From NCBI GenBank assembly GCA_964014485.1, contig CAXHAT010000058.1:1-40189 (forward strand): DNA of 40,189 nt, given 5' to 3'. The notes beneath the pieces were generated by a model. The model was not told the DNA's origin. It worked only from the letters and a program-made list of their open reading frames with translations, and did no database searches. Positions 17,439-27,274 of this stretch are shown piece after piece; the first letter of the stretch is position 1; every line of letters begins with the position of its first letter. The DNA comes from an uncultured Deferribacteres bacterium. Its GTDB lineage: Bacteria; Zhuqueibacterota; Zhuqueibacteria; Zhuqueibacterales; Geothermadaptataceae. Made by a program: the position numbers and the translations under genes.

Positions 17439-20400
17439 TTACTCCGAACTCCGGGAATTCGCGGGAGATCGAAGAAATATTTTTTCGGATACTTGTTCAT
17501 TCCGCGCCGTGAATTCGGAAGGCGACACGTCAAAAAACTCACGAAAACATTTGGCAAAATAGGACAGATTGTTGAAACCGACCTGGAACGCAATCTCCGA
17601 AACGGTTCCGGCGCGTTTTTCCAAAAGTTGGCGCGCGCGTTTTAGCCTCATGCCGCGAATCAACTGGCTGGGAGATTGATCCGTAAGCGCGCGAATCTTG
17701 CGATGGAATTGCGCTTTGCTCATGCCCAGTTTTTGTCGCAGCGCCTCCGCGCCGAAATCCGGATCGTCCAGGTCTGAATCGACGATTTTGCAAATACGCC
17801 GAATAAAAGCTTCGTCGGCGGATTCTACCTCGACGTTCTCAGGTTCAAGTCGGAAATTGCGGGCGAATTTTTCGCGCAAAAGACGGCGCTGCGCGATCAA
17901 ATTGGCGACGCGAGTGCGCAATTCTTCAGCATTGAAAGGTTTGGTGATATAATCGTCCGCACCGGTTTTGAGGCCGGAAATCCTGTTTTCGGCGGAAGCT
18001 TTTGCGGTGAGTAAAATAACGGGGATGTGGTTGGTTTTGTCGTCGTTTTTCAATTTGTCGCAAAGCGCGAAACCGTCCATGCCGGGCATCATCACATCGC
18101 TGATGATCAAATCCGGAATATTTTCCAAAGCTTGCGCCAAGCCGCTCTCGCCCTCGTCGGCGGTAATGATTTCGTATTCATTCGTCAACGTCCGCGCAAT
18201 GTACGTTCGCAAATCCCGGTGATCTTCAATGATGAGAATGAGCGGCGCTTTGCGAACGGCCCTGCCGTTTGCTCCCGATACTTTGCCGTTCGTCCGGCCA
18301 TTGCTCACGCCGTTCCGAGAACCGTTTTTTGAAGATATTCCGTTTGTTTTGAAGCCGTCTATTGCGTTAGCTCTATTCGTGAACTTCAAAGGCGCAGGTT
18401 CAATCGGCAGTTTTACAATAAATTCGCTGCCTTTTCCCGGTTCGCTGATGACGGTGATTTCACCGCCGCAAAGCTCAGCCAATTCTTTCGCCAAAGCGAG
18501 TCCAATCCCGCTTCCCCCAGATTTCTGAGCGCCATTCGAAACGCCGTTTTTGTAAGCTGCATCATCCTGAAAAAAGCGGTCGAAAATAAAAGGCAGTTTG
18601 TCTTCGGCAATGCCCGCCCCCGTATCCTTGACGGTGATCAATAAGCAATGATCAATCATCGATTGCCCAGATTTATCTGAATTCATGGCCGTATTTGAAA
18701 ATTGATCATTGTTCGTCGACAATTGCAAACTGATCTTCCCGCCCTTAGAAGAAAACTTGAACGCATTTGAAAGAAGGTTAAAGAGAATTTTGTCGAGCTT
18801 CTCGTGATCGAATTTACAATGAACTGATGGAATCCTGGTCGTGAATTTGAGTTGAATGCGCTTCTGCTCGGACAGCGCTAAAAATGAATCGACGATATCC
18901 CGGCAAAAAGCGACTGCATCGCCGGGATTTTTTTCAACGCGAAGGTTTCCGGCTTCGATTTTAGCGAAATCGAGCAGTTGATTGATCAGGCGCAGCAATC
19001 GTTTCGCGTTGCGACGCATGGTCGTCATCGTTCGTGATACAGCGGGACTCGGCGCTTTGGCGAGCAATTCATCGAGCGGGCCAAGAATCAAGGTGAGCGG
19101 CGTTCGGAATTCGTGGGTGATGTTGGAGAAAAAGCGTGACTTGATTTCGTCGAGCTTTTGCAGTTTTTCGGATTGCACTTCAATAGTCCGCCTGGCTTGC
19201 TCCGCGAGATTTTTTTGCGTTTCAAGCGCCGCCGTGCGTTCCGCAACAAGCTCTTTCAGCTCGATTTCACGCTGTGCGAGACCGCGTATTCTTGCATGGT
19301 GAAATCCAAAAGCCGTGCCTCCGATCAAGATGAGAATCGAAGTGCGAAACCACCAGGTCTGCCAAAAGGGCGGTGCAATAATGACGCGCACCGAAGCGTC
19401 GTTTTCGCTCCAAACGCCTTCTCCGTTCATCGCACGCGCTCGAAATGTGTATTGGCCCGGACTGACGTTGGTGTAGCTGGCGTAACGGCGGTCATCCGCC
19501 TGAATCCAACGGTCGTCAAAGCCTTCAAGCTTGTAAGCGTAGCGCAGCCCGCCGACTGAAGCGTAATCAAACGAGGTGAACTCAAACGTGAAAAAATTCT
19601 CATGATGCGCCAACTCAATGACTTCCGTTTCCGCGAAAGGTTGGTCGAAAAATAGCGGCTGTTCTTTTTTTCTGAATGCGGTGAGAATGATGCGAGGCGG
19701 CGCAGCGCTTTCCGAGACGCTGTCGGGGTGAAACCAGACGAAACCATTATGTGCTCCAAAGAACAACTCGCCGCGTTTATTTTTGAATTGTGAACCGAGG
19801 CGGAAATAAATTTTTTCGCCGCTATGATTGGGTGAAAAGCGCTTGAAAACTTGCTCTTCGGGATCGTAACGCGTCAACATGTTTTTCGAGGCGATCCAGA
19901 GGCAGCCGCGCGCGTCTTCCAGCATTCCGTCGATCATGTTGCTCGGCAGTCCGTCCTGAGTCAAGAACTGATGAAAAATCAAGTCGTTTTTGGAACCGTC
20001 GGGATCCGCGTAGGACAAACCCCCGCTGTACGTCCCAAGCCACAATCGACCGGGGGCGTGTTTTTCAGCAATAAGCAAATCATGGATGGTCTTGTTGTTG
20101 AGCCCGGTCGGACGATTCAAATCATAAACATAATTATCGAATGTTTCGGTCTCCGGGTTCAAACGGCTCAGACCGCCGAGCTGCGTCCCAACCCAAATCG
20201 CGCCTTCGTGATCTTCCGCGACGGCGTGCACGACATTACTCGGCAAGCTCGCGGCGTCTTCGGCGCGGTTGAAGAAAAAACGATGGTCGCCAGCGTTCCG
20301 ATTGAGGCGAATGAGTCCGGAGCCGTTCGTCCCCAGCCACAACTCGCCGCCGGGACGCTCGAGCAAACACATCAGATTGCTTTGGATAAAAGGCTGGAGA

Positions 20401-22451
20401 GAATCCGGGCGAAAGCGCCGGCGCTCCACTTCATCGAAATTATGTTTGTCGTCGAGCGTCGCCTTGCTCAATTCGCCGTCGAACGACCCGATCCACAGCG
20501 CACGTTCATCACCAAGAGCGCCCTTGACAAACGAAATCGCCGTATTTTCAAACGGCGCCGCCGTCTCCGCTGTAATGTTTGGCGACGCGCCGCCGGGAAT
20601 TTTGCCGTCGTAGCGCAAAAGGCCTTGCGTGGTTCCCAGCCAAAGCGGACCGCCTGTATCTTGAAAAATGGTTTGCACCGCCGGAAAAGAATTTTTACCC
20701 GCTCGCTGAACGATGACATGATGAAAATTGCTTCTTGCCAACCTGTAAATTTTCGGCCCAGTGGTCGCGAGCCAAAAATCACCGCTCGCGTCGACAAAAG
20801 CGGCGCGGGCGTACAGCGCATTTTCGCCATCCGAAGGAATAAAACTTTCGAAAGTCCGCGCTTTAACGTCGATTTGGGACAAGCCGCAGCCCGAAGTTCC
20901 AGCCCACATCGCGCCTCCTGCGTCGGGAAGGAGAAATGAAATCTGGTTGCACTTCGGTCCCGATTGGCCGGTCGAATCGGCAAAAAAACGTTCGAATTCG
21001 CCGGTAGACGGATCAAAACGGTTCAAGCCGTCAGCCGTCCCGATCCAGATCGTCCGACTGCCCGGCGTTGGATCGGGTGTAAGCGCCGTGATTCGATTAT
21101 TCGAGAGCGCGGACGGCGTTTCACTCTGCTGGATCGCCGTTTTCACCTCGTCTAAAACGTTGCTGTCAATCTCCCAAATCTGAACGCCCCACCAATCCGG
21201 TCGCTTCGGCGGAAATGCGTTCCAAACGCCGAAAGCGTGACTGTCGTCGGTGCGATAGTGAATGTTGTAACGCCCCGGCTCTAGGGTGAGCGCTTGAAAT
21301 TGCCAGCGGTTTTTTATGTTGCCGCCGGCGTGGCGCGATTCCGCCAAGGACATTTGCCAAACCGGTTTTTCATTCTTTTCCCGCATTAGCCAAGCTGTGT
21401 CAGCAACCGGCTCCCAATAAGCTTCGCCCAGAGCGGCGACGAGCACGGTCGTGGATTTTTCAAGCAAGAACGCCGACGAAGTGTCTGCATTATTTCCCAG
21501 CCGGACAAGCGCAGCCAGCGGCTCAGCTTGCTGGATGACGGCGTCGATGCGCGAAACCGCCGATTCCGAATACTTTTTGTAGAGCGGGATAAAACGCGGG
21601 TGCTGCGCCAGAAAAATCTGACTCGTTCCAGTTGTGGGATCGAGCCTGTTGAGTCCGCCGCGAAAAGTACCCACCCACAAATCGCCGTTTTCGGCTTCAG
21701 AAAGAGCGGTAATGAAATTGTTGGACAAGCCATGCAATTCACCTCTCAGGCGCAGGTATCGTCTGAAGGTTTGCGTTGCGCGGTCGAATCGATTCAAGCC
21801 GAACGTCGTCCCCGCCCAAATCACATCGTCCCGCGCTTCATAAATGACGCTGACGTCATCGCTGGTAAGCGTGGCGGCGTCTTTCGGATCGTGCAGAAAT
21901 TGCTGAAAAACGCCTCGGTCGCGGTTTTCGCGCTTCAGACGGCAGAGGCCGGCGCTTGTGCCAATCCAAAGGTCGCCTCGCCCGTCTTCGTGCAGCGCGG
22001 TGATTGAATTTGCAGTCAGGGAAGTTGAATCGAAGGGTTGGAAAATGAAGGATTTCACCTCGTAACCGTCATAGCGCAGCAATCCCTCGGAAGTCGCAAT
22101 CCAGATGTAGCCAAAACTGTCTTGCAGCATAGCGCGAATGGATCGTCCGTTCAAGTTCTCGGCGCCTTCGATGCGCTCGAAATGCATGCGGCCGTTCTGA
22201 GCCAAAAGCGGCAACGTCCAGAGAGCCAAAAACCACGCGGACGTCGCCAATCGCAGCAGCTTGGCGCAACGTTTAAATTTTGTTTTTCGATCAGGGATTG
22301 TTTCTGCTCCGGTCAACGCAATAACTTCATTGGTCAGAGCTTGTATTTTCGTCGAATCAGCCGGATTCACGGTGCGGCGGGTTCTTATCCAAAAGTTGGC
22401 GTTGAGGCGTTTGCCGGGTGCGAAAGAATGGCGAAATAGAAGACTGTTCAT
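17439..22451 (-). CDS. Hybrid two-component sensor/regulator with an extra domain inserted in the propeller sensor
   Basis: 1670 aa; Reg_prop-like repeats (LWIGT..GL), YTNVSPGQYTFRARA, PPFWQTWW, ITHEFRTPLTLI, DLIISDVMMPGMDG, GFNNLSYFAKCFREFF. Start position uncertain. Confidence 0.93.
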   Translation of the reverse strand: MNSLLFRHSFAPGKRLNANFWIRTRRTVNPADSTKIQALTNEVIALTGAETIPDRKTKFKRCAKLLRLATSAWFLALWTLPLLAQNGRMHFERIEGAENLNGRSIRAMLQDSFGYIWIATSEGLLRYDGYEVKSFIFQPFDSTSLTANSITALHEDGRGDLWIGTSAGLCRLKRENRDRGVFQQFLHDPKDAATLTSDDVSVIYEARDDVIWAGTTFGLNRFDRATQTFRRYLRLRGELHGLSNNFITALSEAENGDLWVGTFRGGLNRLDPTTGTSQIFLAQHPRFIPLYKKYSESAVSRIDAVIQQAEPLAALVRLGNNADTSSAFLLEKSTTVLVAALGEAYWEPVADTAWLMREKNEKPVWQMSLAESRHAGGNIKNRWQFQALTLEPGRYNIHYRTDDSHAFGVWNAFPPKRPDWWGVQIWEIDSNVLDEVKTAIQQSETPSALSNNRITALTPDPTPGSRTIWIGTADGLNRFDPSTGEFERFFADSTGQSGPKCNQISFLLPDAGGAMWAGTSGCGLSQIDVKARTFESFIPSDGENALYARAAFVDASGDFWLATTGPKIYRLARSNFHHVIVQRAGKNSFPAVQTIFQDTGGPLWLGTTQGLLRYDGKIPGGASPNITAETAAPFENTAISFVKGALGDERALWIGSFDGELSKATLDDKHNFDEVERRRFRPDSLQPFIQSNLMCLLERPGGELWLGTNGSGLIRLNRNAGDHRFFFNRAEDAASLPSNVVHAVAEDHEGAIWVGTQLGGLSRLNPETETFDNYVYDLNRPTGLNNKTIHDLLIAEKHAPGRLWLGTYSGGLSYADPDGSKNDLIFHQFLTQDGLPSNMIDGMLEDARGCLWIASKNMLTRYDPEEQVFKRFSPNHSGEKIYFRLGSQFKNKRGELFFGAHNGFVWFHPDSVSESAAPPRIILTAFRKKEQPLFFDQPFAETEVIELAHHENFFTFEFTSFDYASVGGLRYAYKLEGFDDRWIQADDRRYASYTNVSPGQYTFRARAMNGEGVWSENDASVRVIIAPPFWQTWWFRTSILILIGGTAFGFHHARIRGLAQREIELKELVAERTAALETQKNLAEQARRTIEVQSEKLQKLDEIKSRFFSNITHEFRTPLTLILGPLDELLAKAPSPAVSRTMTTMRRNAKRLLRLINQLLDFAKIEAGNLRVEKNPGDAVAFCRDIVDSFLALSEQKRIQLKFTTRIPSVHCKFDHEKLDKILFNLLSNAFKFSSKGGKISLQLSTNNDQFSNTAMNSDKSGQSMIDHCLLITVKDTGAGIAEDKLPFIFDRFFQDDAAYKNGVSNGAQKSGGSGIGLALAKELAELCGGEITVISEPGKGSEFIVKLPIEPAPLKFTNRANAIDGFKTNGISSKNGSRNGVSNGRTNGKVSGANGRAVRKAPLILIIEDHRDLRTYIARTLTNEYEIITADEGESGLAQALENIPDLIISDVMMPGMDGFALCDKLKNDDKTNHIPVILLTAKASAENRISGLKTGADDYITKPFNAEELRTRVANLIAQRRLLREKFARNFRLEPENVEVESADEAFIRRICKIVDSDLDDPDFGAEALRQKLGMSKAQFHRKIRALTDQSPSQLIRGMRLKRARQLLEKRAGTVSEIAFQVGFNNLSYFAKCFREFFDVSPSEFTARNEQVSEKIFLRSPANSRSSE
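18629..18735. repeat. In-frame inverted heptamer array inside the HATPase domain
   Basis: Plus strand GATCAAT AAGCAAT GATCAAT CATCGAT ... ATTGATC ATTGTTC GTCGACA ATTGCAA ACTGATC; encodes ISLQLSTNNDQFS...SMIDHCLLITV. Confidence 0.75.
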
Positions 22452-22760
22452 CGAGCAAAGAGAACGAAAATTGAATGATGATCTTGGATGAGTCGCTTAT
22501 ACGCCGCTGAAAAAAATCAGTTCATTTCACTGCCGAACGCTTGCAGCCTCATCAAAACTGATGTTTTGCGTTTGCCATTAATCCACGCCGCAGATTGGCT
22601 TCCGTCCGCGTCGATTATTGCAATAGAAAATAGAGGCGTTTAACGTCCAAGACATTTTTCAAAGTCTTTCACGCCCCCGCATGCGCCAGAACAACCACAG
22701 CTACTGAAATTCATTAATCGGCATTATTTCCTTGCTCATTTGCTTTTTCTAAATTACAAT

Positions 22761-22889
22761 CTGATGTTACGCGCCAGCTATGAAGCCAAAGAAACTCCTG
22801 TTAAAGTCATTCCCGCGCAGGCGGGAATGACGTAAAATCGATGTTTCTCTGGTGCTGCTTGAGGAATTTTCAAGAGTGCGTAACATCAG
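22761..22889. mobile_element. Second MITE-like element with the same TIRs, 7-bp target duplication, dRS3-like core
   Basis: TTACAAT|CTGATGTTACGC...GCGTAACATCAG|TTACAAT; internal GTCATTCCCGCGCAGGCGGGAATGAC (22806-22831). Confidence 0.85.
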
Positions 22890-23188
22890 TTACAATTTCC
22901 ATATCAAAGGCTTGCAGCCAAGTCCAAATTGCGATTGAAATACTCACAGCACTTGCTGATCGAACCGTCAAAGCTACGCAGACAGTCTCTCTCCTGTGCG
23001 TTTTTTGTGTCCGAATCTTCTCCAGCTTCATCCCCTCTGGCTTAAGAAATCGAAAATCTACATCAAGCCGTTTCAATATTTTCCCGTTGACTTTTCACAC
23101 GCGGCGTCAAAGCGCTAAAAAAATGTGAAATCAAAACCGTCGCCGCTTCAGCCGAGGAGTTTTAAACACGCTTTTTAGGCAAATCAAG

Positions 23189-24214
23189 ATGGGACGAAAA
23201 GTTCTTTTTATTGGAGTACAGCCGGAAGAAGTTCGGGGAATTCTGACCGAATTTCGCGATGCGCGCGACGCTATTCTATTACGAAGAAATCTGCGCGAAG
23301 CCAAACCTGATCTTTCGCGGAAAGGGACGGTGAGCCTGGTTTTTACGCAACCAGGATATTTGCGCTCGTCAGGCGGTCATACAAAATTCAGACGCAGTCA
23401 ACAGCCCAAAACGCCGCCGCAAACCTTTTGGACTAACGCTCCTGTCCCGGAGATCATCGGCAAAAGTGCGGCTATTCGGGAAATTTGCCGCCTGATTGGG
23501 CGGGCGGTTCGGACAGACTTGCCGGTTTTGTGTCAAGGGTCGATCGGCGTTGGTAAAACACTGGCGGCGCACGCGACCCATTTTTACAGCCGCCGATCAG
23601 GCTTGCCATTGTTTATGATTGACTGCGCTTCCACTTATCCGGCATTGGTTGAAAGCGAAATTTTTGGTCACGTCGAAGGAATTTTGGCGGGTTCGCCTTG
23701 CGGAAATCCCGGCGCATTAGCTGCGGCAAAGGGAGGTTCTCTGATTCTTGCCAACATCGAGGCTTTGTCCAAAGCGTGCCAAGCCAGACTTTTCCAGGCG
23801 CTAAAAACACAAAAATTCAGCCGAACAGGCTCGGCGAAAACATTGAGTATAAATGCGCGCGTTATTGCAACCACACGAATCAACCTTTCGAAAGCGGTCA
23901 CAAGAAATGAATTTCTGGAGAGTTTGCACCGGCTCTTGAGAAAGCGCTCCATTCCCATTCCAGAGCTTCGGCGCCGCAAGGAAGATGTGCCGTTGCTCGT
24001 ACGGCATTTTGTTAAAAGACATGCCCGACTGAACCGCAGAATACACGGCGTTTCTGAAGAAGCGATGTTGAAAATTCAAGAATATGATTGGCCGGGAAAT
24101 GTTCGTCAATTGGAAAACTGCATCCAGCAGGCTTTGATAGTTGAAACCCAAAACTTCATTCGGGCAAGCAGCTTGGCGCTGCCGGAAAATCATAAGAATC
24201 CCGATCTTTTCTAG
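23189..24214 (+). CDS. Degenerate sigma54 enhancer-binding AAA+ protein, no HTH
   Basis: IIGKS, GSIGVGKT, ESEIFGH, YDWPGNVRQLEN present; GAFTGA replaced by GILAGS, Walker B LDEI by LANI; ends just after the AAA+ domain. Confidence 0.8.
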   Translation: MGRKVLFIGVQPEEVRGILTEFRDARDAILLRRNLREAKPDLSRKGTVSLVFTQPGYLRSSGGHTKFRRSQQPKTPPQTFWTNAPVPEIIGKSAAIREICRLIGRAVRTDLPVLCQGSIGVGKTLAAHATHFYSRRSGLPLFMIDCASTYPALVESEIFGHVEGILAGSPCGNPGALAAAKGGSLILANIEALSKACQARLFQALKTQKFSRTGSAKTLSINARVIATTRINLSKAVTRNEFLESLHRLLRKRSIPIPELRRRKEDVPLLVRHFVKRHARLNRRIHGVSEEAMLKIQEYDWPGNVRQLENCIQQALIVETQNFIRASSLALPENHKNPDLF

Positions 24215-24257
24215 AAAATCTTTTATTGGTTACAGCCGCTCGAATAAAGGTTACCGG

Positions 24258-24274
24258 CTCATAAATTTTATGAG
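24258..24274. promoter_or_regulatory. Candidate upstream activator sequence
   Basis: Perfect palindrome CTCATAAA-T-TTTATGAG about 100 bp upstream of a sigma54-like promoter; recurs at 27082-27186. Confidence 0.65.
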
Positions 24275-24371
24275 ATTGAATTTTCAATTTACATTGGACA
24301 GAAATTGACAAATCAGTTTAACTAGTTGTTTCTAATCGAACTTGAAAATCTCATCCGCTTCCAGCGGCTCG

Positions 24372-24386
24372 TGGCACAAGAGTTGT
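24372..24386 (+). promoter_or_regulatory. Sigma54 (-24/-12)-like promoter
   Basis: TGGCAC-AAGAG-TTGT versus consensus TGGCAC-N5-TTGC; -12 is GT rather than GC. Confidence 0.55.
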
Positions 24387-24480
24387 TTTTCCGCTCATAG
24401 TGAAAAATGATCATCATCATGCGTTACGTCACGTCGATCATTCGATAGATTGGGTGAACGTTAACAAAGAGTTTATCGCC

Positions 24481-24852
24481 ATGAGTCAACAAATTTCAGT
24501 GCTTGTGGCGGATGCAGATCAATCGTTCAGAGAATCCATCACAAACCTGCTTTTGATTTGTGGCGTGGATCAAGTGGCGACGACATCGACGCTCGAACAA
24601 GCGGAAGAAAAACTACGCACAACATTCTTCGATGTGATTTTGGTAGACCTGTTTCCGCCCAAAATGAAGGGTTTGCAATTTGCGAAAAAATTTCAAGAGC
24701 GCGCACCGGCCTCAAAAGTCATTTTATTGATCGAAGATCGGAAGCTTCCCGCTTTGCAAAAAAGCGGACGATCGGCGGCGAGCTTCCCGGCGGTGTTAAA
24801 GTCTCACCTCAGCCGAACATTACCGCAACTTTTGCGCGAGGCGACATATTAG
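24481..24852 (+). CDS. Single-domain response regulator (atypical receiver)
   Basis: SVLVADADQSFRE...FDVILVDLFPPKMKGLQF...KVILL; phospho-Asp present, conserved Thr/Ser appears absent. ATG 24481 preferred over GTG 24400. Confidence 0.75.
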   Translation: MSQQISVLVADADQSFRESITNLLLICGVDQVATTSTLEQAEEKLRTTFFDVILVDLFPPKMKGLQFAKKFQERAPASKVILLIEDRKLPALQKSGRSAASFPAVLKSHLSRTLPQLLREATY

Positions 24853-25215
24853 CAAGCGCTTGGTTGGCCGCCAAAGCAACCGTTCTGCCGACCAAGTGCA
24901 CTTGCGGTTTTGCTCGAGAGGCAACTTATCCCGGAGTTAAACGCTTCAGCGTTTGAGTTTGGTTTGCCGCCACAGGCGACGATGAATCGTCGCACTCCGA
25001 AAAATAGTCATTCGAAAGGTTGACTGGTTACCGTTTTCTTGTTCTTCAAAAACGCGGATAATTTGCAGGCTTGATCCGCCTGCCGTTCAACAGCGCGTTG
25101 TCGCATAACTGGCAGCGCGCTGTTGAGCGACTTCCTGGACTGCATCAAGTCGTATCTGAATTCTGAGAATTTTCAGTTTGCCTGAATTCTTGGAGGCAGC
25201 CAAAGGAGCAGAGAC

Positions 25216-26679
25216 GTGGAAGCAAAAAGCAGAGACGTTTCGAAAAGATCTGGGGCTAACGGGCGGATTCCAGGCGCAAACGGCGTCCCTCATGAACTGG
25301 AAAACGTACACAAGGCGATTTTTGATGAAACCGGGGAAGCCATTTTTATCCTCGACCCGGCGAACAGCGAAATCCTCGAGGCCAATAAAACCGCCGCTCA
25401 TTTGTCCGGATATCCAAGCTCGCGACTGCGCGGTCTGCACCTGAACCGCTTTATCCAAGCCAATGGACATTCTCTCCCCAAAGACGCTTTTTCTAAAAAC
25501 AGAGCTGCCGCTTCAGTCACCGTTTTTCGCGTAAAAAACGGCGGGGCGATTCCGATTGAGATAAAAACCAACGTCGTGAGCCAGCCTAACAAGTCATTGC
25601 AACTCGTGTTCGTTCGACAAATTGATCGTCAAAACGACGCTCTGCCTTCGAAAAAGCGCCGGCGCGCATTGAAGCGCAGCCCTCGCAGCACATCTGGCGA
25701 AGCGGCGGAACGTCTGTACGATTTCCCGAACATTATTGGCAGAAGTCGTCAAATCAGAGAGACGTGTCAACGTATCGGGCAGGTCGCAACAACCGATTGC
25801 ACGGTTTTGATTCAGGGTGAAAGCGGCGCCGGAAAGGAAATCATCGCGCAGGCGATTCATTACCATAGTATGCGCGCCGAGGGGCCGTTTGTCAAAGTCA
25901 ATTGCGCGGCTTTACCGGAGGCGCTGCTTGAAAGCGAATTGTTCGGCCATGTCAAAGGCGCATTCACCGGCGCGATGCGTGACCGTCGAGGAAGGTTTCA
26001 ACAGGCCGACCACGGTACGATTTTACTCGACGAGATTAATTCGATGACCTTGGCCGGGCAAGCCAAATTTTTGCGCGTCTTGCAAGACCACGAGTTTCAG
26101 CGCGTCGGCAGTTCAAGCGCCGTTGCCGTTGACGTCCGGGTGATTGTCGCCAGCAACGTTGATTTGCAGCAGGCCGTTTCTAACGGTGCATTTCGCGAGG
26201 ATTTATACTACCGTCTCAACGTTTTCCCTATTTTCATCGCGCCGTTACGTGAAAAGAAAGAAGACGCACCATTGCTCGCGCGTCATTTTCTCAAAAAATA
26301 TAACGTCGCAGTCGGCAAAGACATTCAAGGGTTCGCGCCGGAAGCGACGGCGTTGATGATGCAGCACGATTGGCCGGGCAATGTTCGCGAGCTTAAGAAT
26401 GCAGTGGAGTATGCGGTTATTGTCGGCAAAACCGAATTAATTCAACCGTCCGATTTGCCGTCGAACTTGACGCTTGGCGGCAAACCGGTCGAAAGCGCAC
26501 AAATGATCAGTGGACTCGGTCTGCGCAAACGATTGAACCTGCTTGAAAAAGAAATCATTGTAGAAGCACTGAAACGCGCGCATGGCGTTAAAAAAATCGC
26601 GGCGAAAATTTTGCAAATCGACCCGAGAAACCTGCCGTATTTATTGAAAAAACATCACTTTGCGGACGCAGAGAATTAG
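25216..26679 (+). CDS. PAS-domain sigma54-dependent transcriptional activator (PAS, AAA+, Fis-type HTH)
   Basis: [14 protein letters not shown]...[67 protein letters not shown]-terminal AAKILQI. Confidence 0.93.
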   Translation: MEAKSRDVSKRSGANGRIPGANGVPHELENVHKAIFDETGEAIFILDPANSEILEANKTAAHLSGYPSSRLRGLHLNRFIQANGHSLPKDAFSKNRAAASVTVFRVKNGGAIPIEIKTNVVSQPNKSLQLVFVRQIDRQNDALPSKKRRRALKRSPRSTSGEAAERLYDFPNIIGRSRQIRETCQRIGQVATTDCTVLIQGESGAGKEIIAQAIHYHSMRAEGPFVKVNCAALPEALLESELFGHVKGAFTGAMRDRRGRFQQADHGTILLDEINSMTLAGQAKFLRVLQDHEFQRVGSSSAVAVDVRVIVASNVDLQQAVSNGAFREDLYYRLNVFPIFIAPLREKKEDAPLLARHFLKKYNVAVGKDIQGFAPEATALMMQHDWPGNVRELKNAVEYAVIVGKTELIQPSDLPSNLTLGGKPVESAQMISGLGLRKRLNLLEKEIIVEALKRAHGVKKIAAKILQIDPRNLPYLLKKHHFADAEN

Positions 26680-26910
26680 CCATTTTTGCTTAAATCCAAC
26701 ATTCGCCTGGATTATTCATAAACTATCAATTCACGTTCAACTCCCCCAATTGTCATCCTCCCACAAAAACGGTGACTGCACAAAACAATCAATCGTAACC
26801 CGAGTTCGACGTAAGATGTAGGTTACAAAAATTGTGTATGGTCGTCTTAAAATCCTCCTTCAAAAAGGGAATAAGACGCCTTTGGCACAAAATGAATTCA
26901 GATATTCTTA

Positions 26911-27051
26911 GAGCGTATTTGGAAAATCCAAAATTGTCATGTTGTAAGCATCTTTTTTAGGCTTTTCCGCAAAAATTGTGGGAACGTTCATGCCTGGCGA
27001 CCCAAAAAGATTCCTACGGAATGACAAGACAGGGACTTTCCAAATGCACTC
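26911..27051. mobile_element. MITE-like element, 15-bp TIRs, TTA duplication, internal GTCAT...ATGAC palindrome
   Basis: TTA|GAGCGTATTTGGAAA...TTTCCAAATGCACTC|TTA (13/15); interior matches the element at 6867-6972. Confidence 0.75.
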
Positions 27052-27081
27052 TTAGAGCGAACTCACGTTACAGCACAAAAA

Positions 27082-27186
27082 TCATAAAAACTCTGAATTT
27101 AATCATAGATTTTATGACTACTTCAAACTGCGACTTCACCATGACTTTTTTTAAGTAGAATCGCAGCGCCTCATAAAATTTATGAC
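27082..27186. promoter_or_regulatory. Cluster of candidate activator-binding palindromes
   Basis: TCATAAA-A-ACTCTGA (27082), TCATAGA-T-TTTATGA (27103), TCATAAA-A-TTTATGA (27171). Confidence 0.65.
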
Positions 27187-27274
27187 TCGCCATTCGAACG
27201 CCTGCCGTTGCCCGCCTAGCTCAAGTGTTTAATAAACATGCCTTAACCGACGAATCACGCCATTTTTCTTGCAC

